Program-made: the position numbers and the translations under genes | Source: an uncultured Acidobacteriota bacterium | GTDB lineage: Bacteria > Acidobacteriota > Vicinamibacteria > Vicinamibacterales > Fen-181 | Length of the DNA: 64,000 bases | Assembly (NCBI GenBank): GCA_963701315.1 | Contig: OY969603.1 | Location: 2,154,454 to 2,218,453 of the forward strand | Direction of reading: 5' to 3' | The notes under the pieces: model-generated | What the model was told of the DNA's origin: nothing | Seen by the model: the letters and a program-made list of their open reading frames with translations, nothing else | Databases searched by the model: none | Part shown: one piece after another, positions 38,982 through 47,908 of the stretch | Layout of the letters: each line of letters starts with the position of its first letter | Numbering within the stretch: position 1 is the stretch's first letter

Positions 38982-41282
38982 CTAGGTCTTCAGCCTCCGC
39001 TTGGCATCCTCGAGCAGCGCCCGGATCTGGGTCTGCGACCCGTCCAGGGCCACCGACTGCTCCAACGTCCGAACGGCGTCAGCGGTCCGCCCGGCCTCCA
39101 GTTGCGCGCGGCCGAGAGCGTTCAGCACGTCGGTCGACGGCGCCGAGGCGGCCAGCGCCCGCTCGAGCGCGTCAATGGCCGCCGCCCAATCGCCCTTCAC
39201 CGACAGCGCCGCGCCGCGGATCATCTCGGCATCGCGCGGCCCGTGCACGTCGCGCAGCGTCTCGAGGGCGCCGTCCGGCTGCCCGTCGAGCAGCTGCGCC
39301 CGCGCCAACTCGACCGACACCGACACGGTGTCCGGCGCGAGCAGGAGCGCCGCGAAGAAATAGCGCTCGGCCTCGCGATACCGCTTCGCCGCGAGCGACG
39401 CCTCGCCCGCTAGCGACAGGTGCGTCGGCGACGACGGGTACGCCCGGGCCGCCATGTTCGTCAGCTTGATGGCCTCCTCCGGCCGGCCTGCGGCGAGCAA
39501 CAGGTCGACAGCCCGCTCGAGCGCGGTCGCGTCACCCGGCGACGCCTCGAGCGCCGCCAGGTACTGTCGCTCGGCCGTCTGGACCCTACCCTGGGCCTGA
39601 GCCACTGCGCCCCGGGCAACGAGCACCTCGGGAGCCCTGGCCAACGGGTCTGGGACGTGCAACAGGCGCTCGGCCGCCGGCCCGGTGCGCTTGGCTGCCA
39701 GGTCGAGGTCGGTCGCGGCCAGGAACACGACCGGGTCGAGTGGGGCGGCTGTCGTCAGGTTGGCGTGAATCAGCCGGTCGTACACGTGCAGCGCGTCGTC
39801 TTCGCGCCCGAGGGCGACGTAGCTGCGCGCCAGCCAGAGCGACGCCTGTCCGTTCAGCGGGTTCGCTCGCAGGACCGCCTCGAGCTCCCGAACGGCACCC
39901 CGCGCGTCGCCCTTGCGGTAGAGGATCTCGCCGAGGTTCACCCGCGCCAGGGACGTCGCCGCCGAGGACCCGGTCACGTAGCCGAGCGCCCGCAGCCGGT
40001 CGAACTCCGCCTGCGCCGCTGCCCCGCCCCCGGATCGGGCGACGACTGGCAAATCGTGCGCCCCGTAGCTCGGCACGCGCGCGGGCAGCTGTCCTTGCGG
40101 CAGCAGCGCCGGGATGACGCGACCCGGCATGTCGGAGGCCACGGGCAAGCGGCCGAGGGTGAGCACCGTTGGCGCAATGTCGAGCGGCGACACGGTGCCG
40201 AGCGGCCTGACCGGCGGCGGCGTGCGCGTTCCGGCCAGGGCGCCCGCCGTGGTGACGGCGACGATGCCGTACGGCCGATGCCAGGCCGACGCCCCGCCCG
40301 TCAGATCGGCAGGGTTCTCACGAATGCCGGAGTCAGCCGACTGAAAGCCATGGTCGGACACGACGATGAGCCACGAGTCCGGATCGAGCGCCCGCGCCGC
40401 CTGATCGAGCGCCGCGTCGACTTCGTCGTAGGCCGACGAGATCGCCCAGTCACCACGGTTGGCGTCCTTGACGAACAGATGCGACGTCGTGTCGACAATC
40501 TCGTAGTAGGTGGCCCAGAGATCCGGATGGACGTCGCGCAGCATCATGGTGCTCAGCGCCCGGTACGTCCGCGTGGCGGCGAGCGCCGCCCGAAAGTGGG
40601 CAACCGGATCCTGGTAGAGCCGCGAGGTCGACGTCCGTTCGGCCGCCACGGCCCGATCAAAATCCGACCGTGAGAGCGGCAGCAGACGCGAGAGCTCCGT
40701 GTAGGAGATGGCGTCTGCCGACACCACGCCGGCCCGAAGCCGCGCCCACGCCTCCGGAGGGTAGACCAGGTCCGTCATCGGCCGATCGTCGACCCGCAGG
40801 TGCGGCGTCGCCACGCGGTCGCTCACGATCAGGCCCCGCACGTGATCCGCCGGCCACGTCGCCCACCACCCCGTCACCAGCACCCGGCGCCCGGCGTTCG
40901 ACCAGATCTCCCAGAGCGCCTTGACGCGTCTCGCTCCCCCGCTGACGGGCGCTTGCCCGCCGCCCGGCAGGTCCACCATGAAATCGAGCACGCCGTGGTC
41001 CTCGGGCGAGCGGCCGGTCGCAATCGTCGTCCAGATGATCGGCGAAAGCAACGGAGGATCGGCCTTCAACACCCCACGCGACGCCACCTTCCCCAGCCGG
41101 GCGAAGGTGGGGAGTCGCCCGCCGGCGACCAGCCGGTCGATGACGCGCCAATCGCCGGCGTCGATGCCAACGATAGCCACTTTGTCCCCAGGGCGCGGCG
41201 CCTCCCGCCCGCGTGTGACCGCGACGCCCAGAAGCGCCACACTGCAGACGAGCACGCCGAAGAGGAAACAGGACCTCCGCAT
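38982..41282 (-). CDS. type I phosphodiesterase/nucleotide pyrophosphatase-like (alkaline phosphatase superfamily) / TPR fusion protein, paralogue D
   Basis: 766 aa with a signal peptide. VAIVGIDAGDW, PIIWTTIATG..PEDHGV, VVSDHGF, LRALGYVTGS, then TPR repeats. The head domain differs from A-C but the tail is of the same kind. Confidence 0.75.
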   Translation of the reverse strand: MRRSCFLFGVLVCSVALLGVAVTRGREAPRPGDKVAIVGIDAGDWRVIDRLVAGGRLPTFARLGKVASRGVLKADPPLLSPIIWTTIATGRSPEDHGVLDFMVDLPGGGQAPVSGGARRVKALWEIWSNAGRRVLVTGWWATWPADHVRGLIVSDRVATPHLRVDDRPMTDLVYPPEAWARLRAGVVSADAISYTELSRLLPLSRSDFDRAVAAERTSTSRLYQDPVAHFRAALAATRTYRALSTMMLRDVHPDLWATYYEIVDTTSHLFVKDANRGDWAISSAYDEVDAALDQAARALDPDSWLIVVSDHGFQSADSGIRENPADLTGGASAWHRPYGIVAVTTAGALAGTRTPPPVRPLGTVSPLDIAPTVLTLGRLPVASDMPGRVIPALLPQGQLPARVPSYGAHDLPVVARSGGGAAAQAEFDRLRALGYVTGSSAATSLARVNLGEILYRKGDARGAVRELEAVLRANPLNGQASLWLARSYVALGREDDALHVYDRLIHANLTTAAPLDPVVFLAATDLDLAAKRTGPAAERLLHVPDPLARAPEVLVARGAVAQAQGRVQTAERQYLAALEASPGDATALERAVDLLLAAGRPEEAIKLTNMAARAYPSSPTHLSLAGEASLAAKRYREAERYFFAALLLAPDTVSVSVELARAQLLDGQPDGALETLRDVHGPRDAEMIRGAALSVKGDWAAAIDALERALAASAPSTDVLNALGRAQLEAGRTADAVRTLEQSVALDGSQTQIRALLEDAKRRLKT

Positions 41283-41811
41283 GCCACCAGCCTATCGGCC
41301 AGCCTCCAGGGGGTCAAGTCGAGGCGGAGCCCGTTGAACGGCGAGCTCATCGTCCTCGGTCGACGCGCCCCGCTCGGCATCCGAGCAGCTCCTGGCCGGT
41401 CCCTTTCGAGCCCCTCGATGGCCGGTCCAGGACGCCCCATGTCAGGGCCCTTCAGCGTTGACACCTCGCGGGAAGGCATCAACCGAACGGACGTGAGGAG
41501 CCCACGGGCGCACGGCACGCCGAACAGCGGTCCCGCCATAGCCCAGGCACAGAAGGGGTGGCTAGGACGTGGACGCCGGGTCCGATTCCACGGCCGCCGG
41601 CCAGACCGCTGTCGTCGAGTCAGACAACCAGCGTCGAGATTTCCGACACGGCCTCGCTCGAATCGGCGTGATCGCTCGGTGACCGGCCGGAGGGCCCTGG
41701 TGTGGCCTCTGCTGTCGAACCGCTCGGGCCGGGCACACCCTCACACTGGATTCGAGGCCACTCATGAGATGACTGACCGTTCATTCTGCGGCGGCGCTCG
41801 CTGCCGTCCTC

Positions 41812-42747
41812 GTGTTCGTCTTCCCGCCGTGCGCGTTCGGGGAGATACACGCCCAGCTGGTGGCGTCGGGGTTCACGGCGCCGGTCGCGGTTGTGCAGGT
41901 CCCCGGCCAGCCCGAGGTGCGACTGGTGGTCGAGCAAGGCGGCCGAATTCACGTTGTCCAGGGCGGCTCGGTCCTCCCTACGCTCTTCCTCGACCTGAGC
42001 AACGCGGTGACCTTCGACGGGGAACGCGGTCTGCTGGGCCTCGCCCTGGCGCCCGACTATCCGACGAGCGGCCGGTTGTGGGCGGATTTCGTCGACCTGG
42101 CCGGCAACACCGTCATCGCCCGGTTCACACGTTCGGCGTCCAATCCGCTGACGGCCGACCCGGCCAGCCGGTTCGACCTCGTCTGGTCGGACGGCCTCCC
42201 CTACATCGTCCAGCCCTATCCCAACCACAAGGGTGGCAACCTCGCGTTCGGGCCGGACGGCTACCTCTATATCGGCATGGGCGACGGCGGGTCGGCGAAC
42301 GACCCCGAGAACCGCGCACAGGATCCGCAGACGCTGTTGGGCAAGATGCTGCGGATCGATGTCAACGTCACCGATGCCGACCCGCGCGGCTACCGGATTC
42401 CTCCGAACAACCCGTTTGTGGGTCAGGCGGTGCTGGCTGAGATTTGGGATTTCGGACTCCGGAACCCGTGGCGGTGGAGCTTCGACGATCCGGCACGGGG
42501 TGGGACGGGCGCGCTCGTCATCGGAGACGTCGGCCAGGACACGTGGGAGGAAATCGACTACGAACCCGCCGGCCACGGCGGGCAGAACTACGTGCCGGTG
42601 GGCGGGCTGACGCCCACCTTCATGGTCGATGGCCTCCGGGTGAACTTCAAGGTCGCGTTTCGGCCGAGCGTCACGCCACCCGTCCCGGGAACGGCGGCCG
42701 ACGTGCTGGCCATCGCCACGCTGGCCGGACCGCAGGCGACACCCTGA
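41812..42747 (+). CDS. PQQ-dependent sugar (glucose/sorbosone) dehydrogenase-like beta-propeller; N-terminus uncertain, C-terminus apparently short
   Basis: ERGLLGLALAPDY, HKGGNLAFGPDGYLYIGMGDGGSANDPENRAQDPQTLLGKMLRID and GLRNPWRWSFD. An ATG at 41769 in another frame would give a full signal peptide if one base near 41783-41787 is extra. Confidence 0.8.
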   Translation: MFVFPPCAFGEIHAQLVASGFTAPVAVVQVPGQPEVRLVVEQGGRIHVVQGGSVLPTLFLDLSNAVTFDGERGLLGLALAPDYPTSGRLWADFVDLAGNTVIARFTRSASNPLTADPASRFDLVWSDGLPYIVQPYPNHKGGNLAFGPDGYLYIGMGDGGSANDPENRAQDPQTLLGKMLRIDVNVTDADPRGYRIPPNNPFVGQAVLAEIWDFGLRNPWRWSFDDPARGGTGALVIGDVGQDTWEEIDYEPAGHGGQNYVPVGGLTPTFMVDGLRVNFKVAFRPSVTPPVPGTAADVLAIATLAGPQATP

Positions 42748-42834
42748 TCCGCTCGGATCTCGGGCCGCGTCGTCGCGTTCGTCCTGGCGCGGCCGCGACT
42801 CGCGCGGGGACACGACGGCCGACGGGCGGCCCGG

Positions 42835-43812
42835 CTATTTCTTGTCTGGCGCCATCAACAACGAGAACCCCTGGAAGGGGAATTCCCGGTAGTCCTCGGT
42901 GACGACCGGCTTCACGCGACCGGCCTTGACGTCGTCGAGCGCGGCGAGGACGCGCCCCAGATACGCCGGGGCGGCGACAGGCACGTTGTGACCAGGCAGC
43001 AGCAGGTCGAGCCCGCGGGCAAGGGCCGCCAGCCGCGTGAGCGAGCGGGTGTAGGCGGCCATGTCGGTCTCGCTGACGTAGAGGTAGATCGGGCCGAGAT
43101 AGAACGTGTCACCGGTGAAGAGCAGGCGGTTCGCCGGATCGAGCAGGCAGAGCGAGTCCGGCGTGTGGCCGGGCGTGAGCAGCACCTCGAGCGTCCGGCC
43201 GCCGAGATCCAGGCGGTCGCCGTCGTGGACGATTCCGGTCGCCTTCCACGGACGGATCCGATACGTCTGCCGGGTCACGCCGGGCGGCAACGGCCCGCAC
43301 ACCCTCTCCGGCGACACGGCATCCCACGCGCCGTACTGGTTGACGGCGCCCGAGGCGTTCTTCCGCGCGTAGTCAGAGTCGACGTTGAGGATGTCGGTGA
43401 AATCGGCATTCCCGCCGACATGGTCGAAGTGCGTGTGGGAGTTGAGGACGGTGACGGGCAGAGCGGTCAGGCCGGACACGACGTCCCGCATCCTGCCCAC
43501 ACCGATACCGGTGTCGAACAGCAGCGCGCGCCGTTCGCCCACGATGAGGTAGGAAATCGCCTCCTCCCATTGATGTGGCTCGTAGATCGCAAACACGCCG
43601 GGGCGGATCCGGTAGACCTCGTACCACGGATCGGCGCTGTCCACCCGCGCGAGGCTCGCATACTCGGGCCGCGGCGGGCGCTGGCACCAACCGGGCGTCA
43701 CCGGCTCGTCCCGGCGGACCTGCCCGGATCCTGTCCCCACCGACAGCCCAATCAATCCGACCGACACGACCCACGTCGCCCATCCACCCATCTGCGCACT
43801 CGTCCCGTACAT
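42835..43812 (-). CDS. MBL-fold metallo-hydrolase, secreted
   Basis: AGGAGA upstream of the ATG at 43812. LLFDTGIG, NSHTHFDHVGGN (HxHxDH) and TPGHTPDS. Confidence 0.85.
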   Translation of the reverse strand: MYGTSAQMGGWATWVVSVGLIGLSVGTGSGQVRRDEPVTPGWCQRPPRPEYASLARVDSADPWYEVYRIRPGVFAIYEPHQWEEAISYLIVGERRALLFDTGIGVGRMRDVVSGLTALPVTVLNSHTHFDHVGGNADFTDILNVDSDYARKNASGAVNQYGAWDAVSPERVCGPLPPGVTRQTYRIRPWKATGIVHDGDRLDLGGRTLEVLLTPGHTPDSLCLLDPANRLLFTGDTFYLGPIYLYVSETDMAAYTRSLTRLAALARGLDLLLPGHNVPVAAPAYLGRVLAALDDVKAGRVKPVVTEDYREFPFQGFSLLMAPDKK

Positions 43813-43970
43813 CCGACGTTCTCCTGTCTGGCACCCCCCGGGTGGCGTGCCCGCGTCGCCTGCACTGGCCGGAGCGGAGGGTCCAGGCGGCCGAATCAGT
43901 GTAACAGGTCGCCCCAGCCGCAGGTGCCACCTCGGCCCCCGAGGTAGACTAGACCCGGGGAGGGGAACCA

Positions 43971-44947
43971 ATGGACACCGGACGCCTGCTCTACTTGTCG
44001 GCCGCCGACGTTCGCGCCGTGGCACTCGACTTCAAGACGATCGTCCAGCTGCTGGAAACCGCCTTCCGCGAGAAGGGCGAGGGCCGGGTGGAAATGCCAC
44101 CCAAGCCCGGCATCCACACGCAGCCCGACGCGTTCATCCACGCGATGCCCGCCTATGTTCCGGCGCTTCGGTCCGCCGGCGTGAAATGGGTGAGCGGGTA
44201 CCCCGACAACTTCCGCCACGGCCTCCCCTACATCAGCGGTCTGCTCGTCCTGAACGACGTCGACAGCGGCCTGCCCTACGCCGTCATGGACTGCACGTGG
44301 ATCACGGCCTATCGGACGGCCGCGGCCTCGGCCCTATCGGCGCGCTACCTGGCGCGGCCGGCAAGCCGAACCGTGGGCATCCTGGCCTGCGGCGTCCAGG
44401 GCCGCACGAATCTCGAGGCGCTGGCCACGCAGTTTCCCGTGAGCCGTGCTTATGCCTACGATGTCCTCCGGGAGGCGCAGGAACGCTACGTCGAGGAGAT
44501 GCGGGCCAAGCTCGGCATCGACGTGGTCGGTGTGAGCGGCCCCCGCGAGGCGGTCGCCGAGAGCGATCTCGTCGTCACCTCGGGCCCGATCGTGAAGCAC
44601 CCGACGCCCAGGATCCAAAAGGGGTGGCTGCGGCCGGGATCGTTCGCGAGCGCCGTGGACTTCGACAGTTACTGGTCCGCGGAGGCGCTGGCCGAGTTCG
44701 ACCGGATCACCACCGACGACCATGCGCAGTTTCAGGTACCTACCGGCACGCCGGGTACTTCGCGCAGACACCCGACCCCGAATCCGACCTCGGCGAATTA
44801 GTGGCTGGGCTGAAGCGCGGGCGGCAGCAGGACGACGAGCGCACGATGGCCATCAACCTGGGGCTGGCGCTCGACGACATGGCCGTGGCCCCCGAGATCT
44901 ACCGCCGGGCCCTGGCGCGAGGGCTCGGTACATGGCTGCCACGCTGA
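43971..44947 (+). pseudogene. ornithine cyclodeaminase / mu-crystallin family protein; frame shift (-1 or +2) near 44734-44742
   Basis: ...WITAYRTAAASALSARYLA...GILACGVQGRTNLEAL...TTDDHAQFQ, then in frame -1 YRHAGYFAQTPDPESDLGELVAG...MAINLGLALDDMAVA. Confidence 0.8.
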
Positions 44948-45017
44948 GGCGGCATGCTCGCGTGGCGCACGCGCGGCCCGGAGACCGAGACCGGAGAACG
45001 CTCAGCTGGAGGGTTGA

Positions 45018-45977
45018 ATGAAGGTCGCCATCATTGGCGCCGGGAACGTCGGAGCCACCCTGGCCTACACGCTCCTGGTGGAAGCCATCGCCACGCGGGT
45101 CAGCCTGATTGACCTCAATCGCGACAAGGCCCTGGGCGAGGTGCTGGACCTCGCTCACGGCGCGTCGTTCCTCGACAATGCCGAGATCCGCGTCGAGGGG
45201 TACGAGGGCGTCGAAGACGCCGACGTCATCGCCCTGACGGCCGGGCGCGGACGCCAGCCCGGGGAGTCGCGCCTCGACATGGCGCGCGGCAACGCGGCCA
45301 TCATGGACGTCGTGCTCGCCGGGATCACGCCTCACTACCGCGGCGCCGTCGTCATCGTCGTGGCCAACCCGATGGACGTGCTCACCTACCTCGCGGTCAG
45401 GCGCTTGCCGGCGCCGCCGTCGAAGATCATCGGCTCCGGAACGGCGCTCGACTCCTCGCGCTTCCGCTATCTGCTCGGCCAGGAGTTCGGCATCGACCCG
45501 CGGAGCATCCACGCCTACGTAATCGGCGAGCACGGCGACTCGTCGGTACCCGTGTGGAGCATGGCCAGCCTCGGTGGGATTCCGGTCACGCGCTATGCGC
45601 CCCCAGGCCGGGCGCCGCTGGACGCCGCAGCGCGGGAGCGGATCCACCGGAGTGTCGTGACGGCCGGCAAGGAAGTCATCGAGCGCAAAGGGGCCACCTT
45701 CTACGCCGTGGCGCTCTCGGTGGCCCGCATCATCGAGGCCGTCCTCGACGACGAAAAGAGCGTGCTCACCGTCTCAACCTACATCGAGCGCTTCGGCGAC
45801 ATCAACGACGTGTGCCTCAGCCTGCCGGCGGTGGTGGGGCGGGACGGCGTCCGCGAGGTCCTGCCAATCGTGCTGAGCGACGACGAGCGGCAGCGCCTCT
45901 CGGCGAGCGCGGCCGCACTGAAAGACGTGATCCGCCAGCTTGAGGTGGACCAACCGCCTGGACACCCATCGGCCTGA
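45018..45977 (+). CDS. L-lactate/malate dehydrogenase family protein (LDH-like scaffold, Arg at the substrate-discriminating position)
   Basis: MKVAIIGAGNVGAT, TAGRGRQPGESRLDM, GTALDSSRFRYLL and IGEHGDSSVPVWS. Confidence 0.9.
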   Translation: MKVAIIGAGNVGATLAYTLLVEAIATRVSLIDLNRDKALGEVLDLAHGASFLDNAEIRVEGYEGVEDADVIALTAGRGRQPGESRLDMARGNAAIMDVVLAGITPHYRGAVVIVVANPMDVLTYLAVRRLPAPPSKIIGSGTALDSSRFRYLLGQEFGIDPRSIHAYVIGEHGDSSVPVWSMASLGGIPVTRYAPPGRAPLDAAARERIHRSVVTAGKEVIERKGATFYAVALSVARIIEAVLDDEKSVLTVSTYIERFGDINDVCLSLPAVVGRDGVREVLPIVLSDDERQRLSASAAALKDVIRQLEVDQPPGHPSA

Positions 45978-46803
45978 CAGGAGTCGCCGCACGTCGGACG
46001 GACGCACGAGCACTCGTCCTTTCGGCGTGCACCGTCACGCGAGCCCTGCGCGACACGGTTGCTTCGCCACAGGCGCTCTCCTAGAACCGGAGATTCTTGA
46101 CTGCGGGCGGACTCGTCGCCGACGTCGGCCACGCTTCGGCCTGGCTGGCGGCAACATCGTCCGGCAGAAGCGGCCGCAACACCCCCTCAGTCAGGCGTCG
46201 CCAACGGTCTCGATTACGTGCCGGTGACGCCGACGGGCGAATACGCGCCGGTGTCCAGCCGGGCACCAGCGTCTCTCTCTCTCCACTGACCCACCGGCCT
46301 GAGGACGGACGGCATGCAGGTGATCGTCGAGCGGTCGCTGGCGATACAGCGCACGACGGCTCCCGCAACCGAATATGCCGTGGTTCGCGCGTTCATCGAG
46401 AAGGTGCGCGTCGCTGACACGTCGCCTGTCGTGTTCGTCCGCAGGTGACCCAGTGGTGGCCGCGCCGTGGATGAGGGGGACGAAACGTCGACGAAGTGCA
46501 CACATGGCGGTGGATAGACGACCGATGCCGATCCAGGTGCCCGAGCGACGCTCGCGTCGCGTTGAGACGGCCCGCGGCCTCCAGATCGCCACCCCAGGCC
46601 GGCCAGGCAGAATGTTGCGCTGGTGCTCTCCTTTGTTCGGCTGGCCTGCCACAACGCCGAGTACGCCGCCCGGCCGCCATCGATCGACCACTTCGGCCAC
46701 TCTGGGGTCGCTGTCGGCGAGGAGCTGGTGCGGTTTGACAGGCGACGGCGCGAGCACGTAACATTGTGCAGCACGCGGAGCTGTCCAGACAATAGTCGCC
46801 GCT

Positions 46804-47037
46804 ATGAAGACCAACGTCACCCTCAAGCTGGACGCCGACCTTCTGCGCGAGGCCCGGATCCTCGCTGCGGAAGAAGGGACGTCTGTCAGCGCCATGCTGG
46901 CCGGCCGCGTGGAAGCCCTCGTGCGCGAACACCGCGGCTTCGACCGCGCCAGGCGGCGGGCGCTCGCCCGTCTCCGGCACGCGCGAGACCTGGGCTGGCG
47001 CCGCCCCGCATCCCGGGATGAGCTGCATGAGCGCTAG
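46804..47037 (+). CDS. vapB: VapB-like antitoxin (ribbon-helix-helix type)
   Basis: MKTNVTLKLDADLLREARILAAEEGTSVSAML. It overlaps the PIN gene start. Confidence 0.7.
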   Translation: MKTNVTLKLDADLLREARILAAEEGTSVSAMLAGRVEALVREHRGFDRARRRALARLRHARDLGWRRPASRDELHER

Positions 47038-47449
47038 GTGCTTCGTCGACACGAACATTTTGGTCTACGCCCATGACGCGTCCGCCGGTCAGAAACACGA
47101 ACGCGCGCGGGCGCTCGTGGAAGCGCTCTGGCAGTCTCGTTCCGCGGTCGTCAGCACGCAGGTCCTGCAGGAGCTGAGCGTCAACGTGCGGAGGAAGGCG
47201 GCGAGTCCCCTCGACCTCGAGGCCACCAGGGAGCTGATTGCCGACTACTTAGCCTGGCACGTGGTGGTGAACGACGGGCAGGCTGTCCTCGGCGCGCTCG
47301 ACATCGAGCAACGCTACAAGGTGTCGTTCTGGGACGCGCTGGTCATCCACGCCGCCCAGGTGGCTGGTGCCGAGATCCTCTACTCGGAGGATCTCGCCGA
47401 CGGCCAGCGGTACGGCGGCGTGCGTGTCGTCAACCCGCTGGGCGAGTAA
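47027..47449 (+). CDS. vapC: PIN-domain ribonuclease toxin VapC
   Basis: CFVDTNILVYA...QVLQELSVN...SFWDALVIHAA...ILYSEDL, carrying the four acidic PIN residues. Confidence 0.85.
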   Translation: MSARCFVDTNILVYAHDASAGQKHERARALVEALWQSRSAVVSTQVLQELSVNVRRKAASPLDLEATRELIADYLAWHVVVNDGQAVLGALDIEQRYKVSFWDALVIHAAQVAGAEILYSEDLADGQRYGGVRVVNPLGE

Positions 47450-47503
47450 GGCCTCGACGCCTCCCGCGCCGCATCGGCTTCGATTCACTGCTAGCATAGA
47501 GGG

Positions 47504-47908
47504 ATGATCGACGAACGCGCATTCTTCACGGAGAAGCCGGAAACGCGGCGCGCCCGGTATCAGTGTCCCAAGTGCCGGCGGACCGGCGAATACGGCATTC
47601 GATGGGTCCGGCGCTCGAAGCGGGACAGGCCGCCGGCCGGAGCTGACGAGAACGACCGGGCCAAGTTCGCAAAACTGCGCGACTACCTGCTCCGGCTCGA
47701 CGACGAGGTGACGTGCCCAACCTGCGGGAAGAAGTTCGAGATCCCCTCGCAGCACTCTCTGATGTTCGTGGACCAGCTCGGAGGGTTGCCAGACGCCGAG
47801 GCCCTCGAAAGAGAGATCGCCGCCGCGTCAGGGGAGCCCGAACGCGCACCTGAAACCAAGCCGGCGTTGCCCGCGCGGTTCACGCGCAAGTCGAGCGGCT
47901 GGAAGTAG
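47504..47908 (+). CDS. hypothetical zinc-ribbon protein (two CPxC pairs)
   Basis: 134 aa, YQCPKCRRTGEY ... VTCPTCGKKFEIP. The composition looks protein-like. Confidence 0.5.
   Translation: MIDERAFFTEKPETRRARYQCPKCRRTGEYGIRWVRRSKRDRPPAGADENDRAKFAKLRDYLLRLDDEVTCPTCGKKFEIPSQHSLMFVDQLGGLPDAEALEREIAAASGEPERAPETKPALPARFTRKSSGWK

Noticed and set aside
558-44742. Programmed ribosomal frameshifting or recoding as an explanation for the frame breaks
   Set aside because: The breaks occur in unrelated housekeeping and envelope genes that are not known to be recoded. There is no shared slippery heptamer or downstream structure, and the direction and ATTCT context point to an artefact.
45990-46025. Possible terminator after the dehydrogenase gene
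   Set aside because: It has only a 5-bp stem (GGACG/CGTCC) with a 10-nt loop and a weak TTTC tail, which is not convincing.
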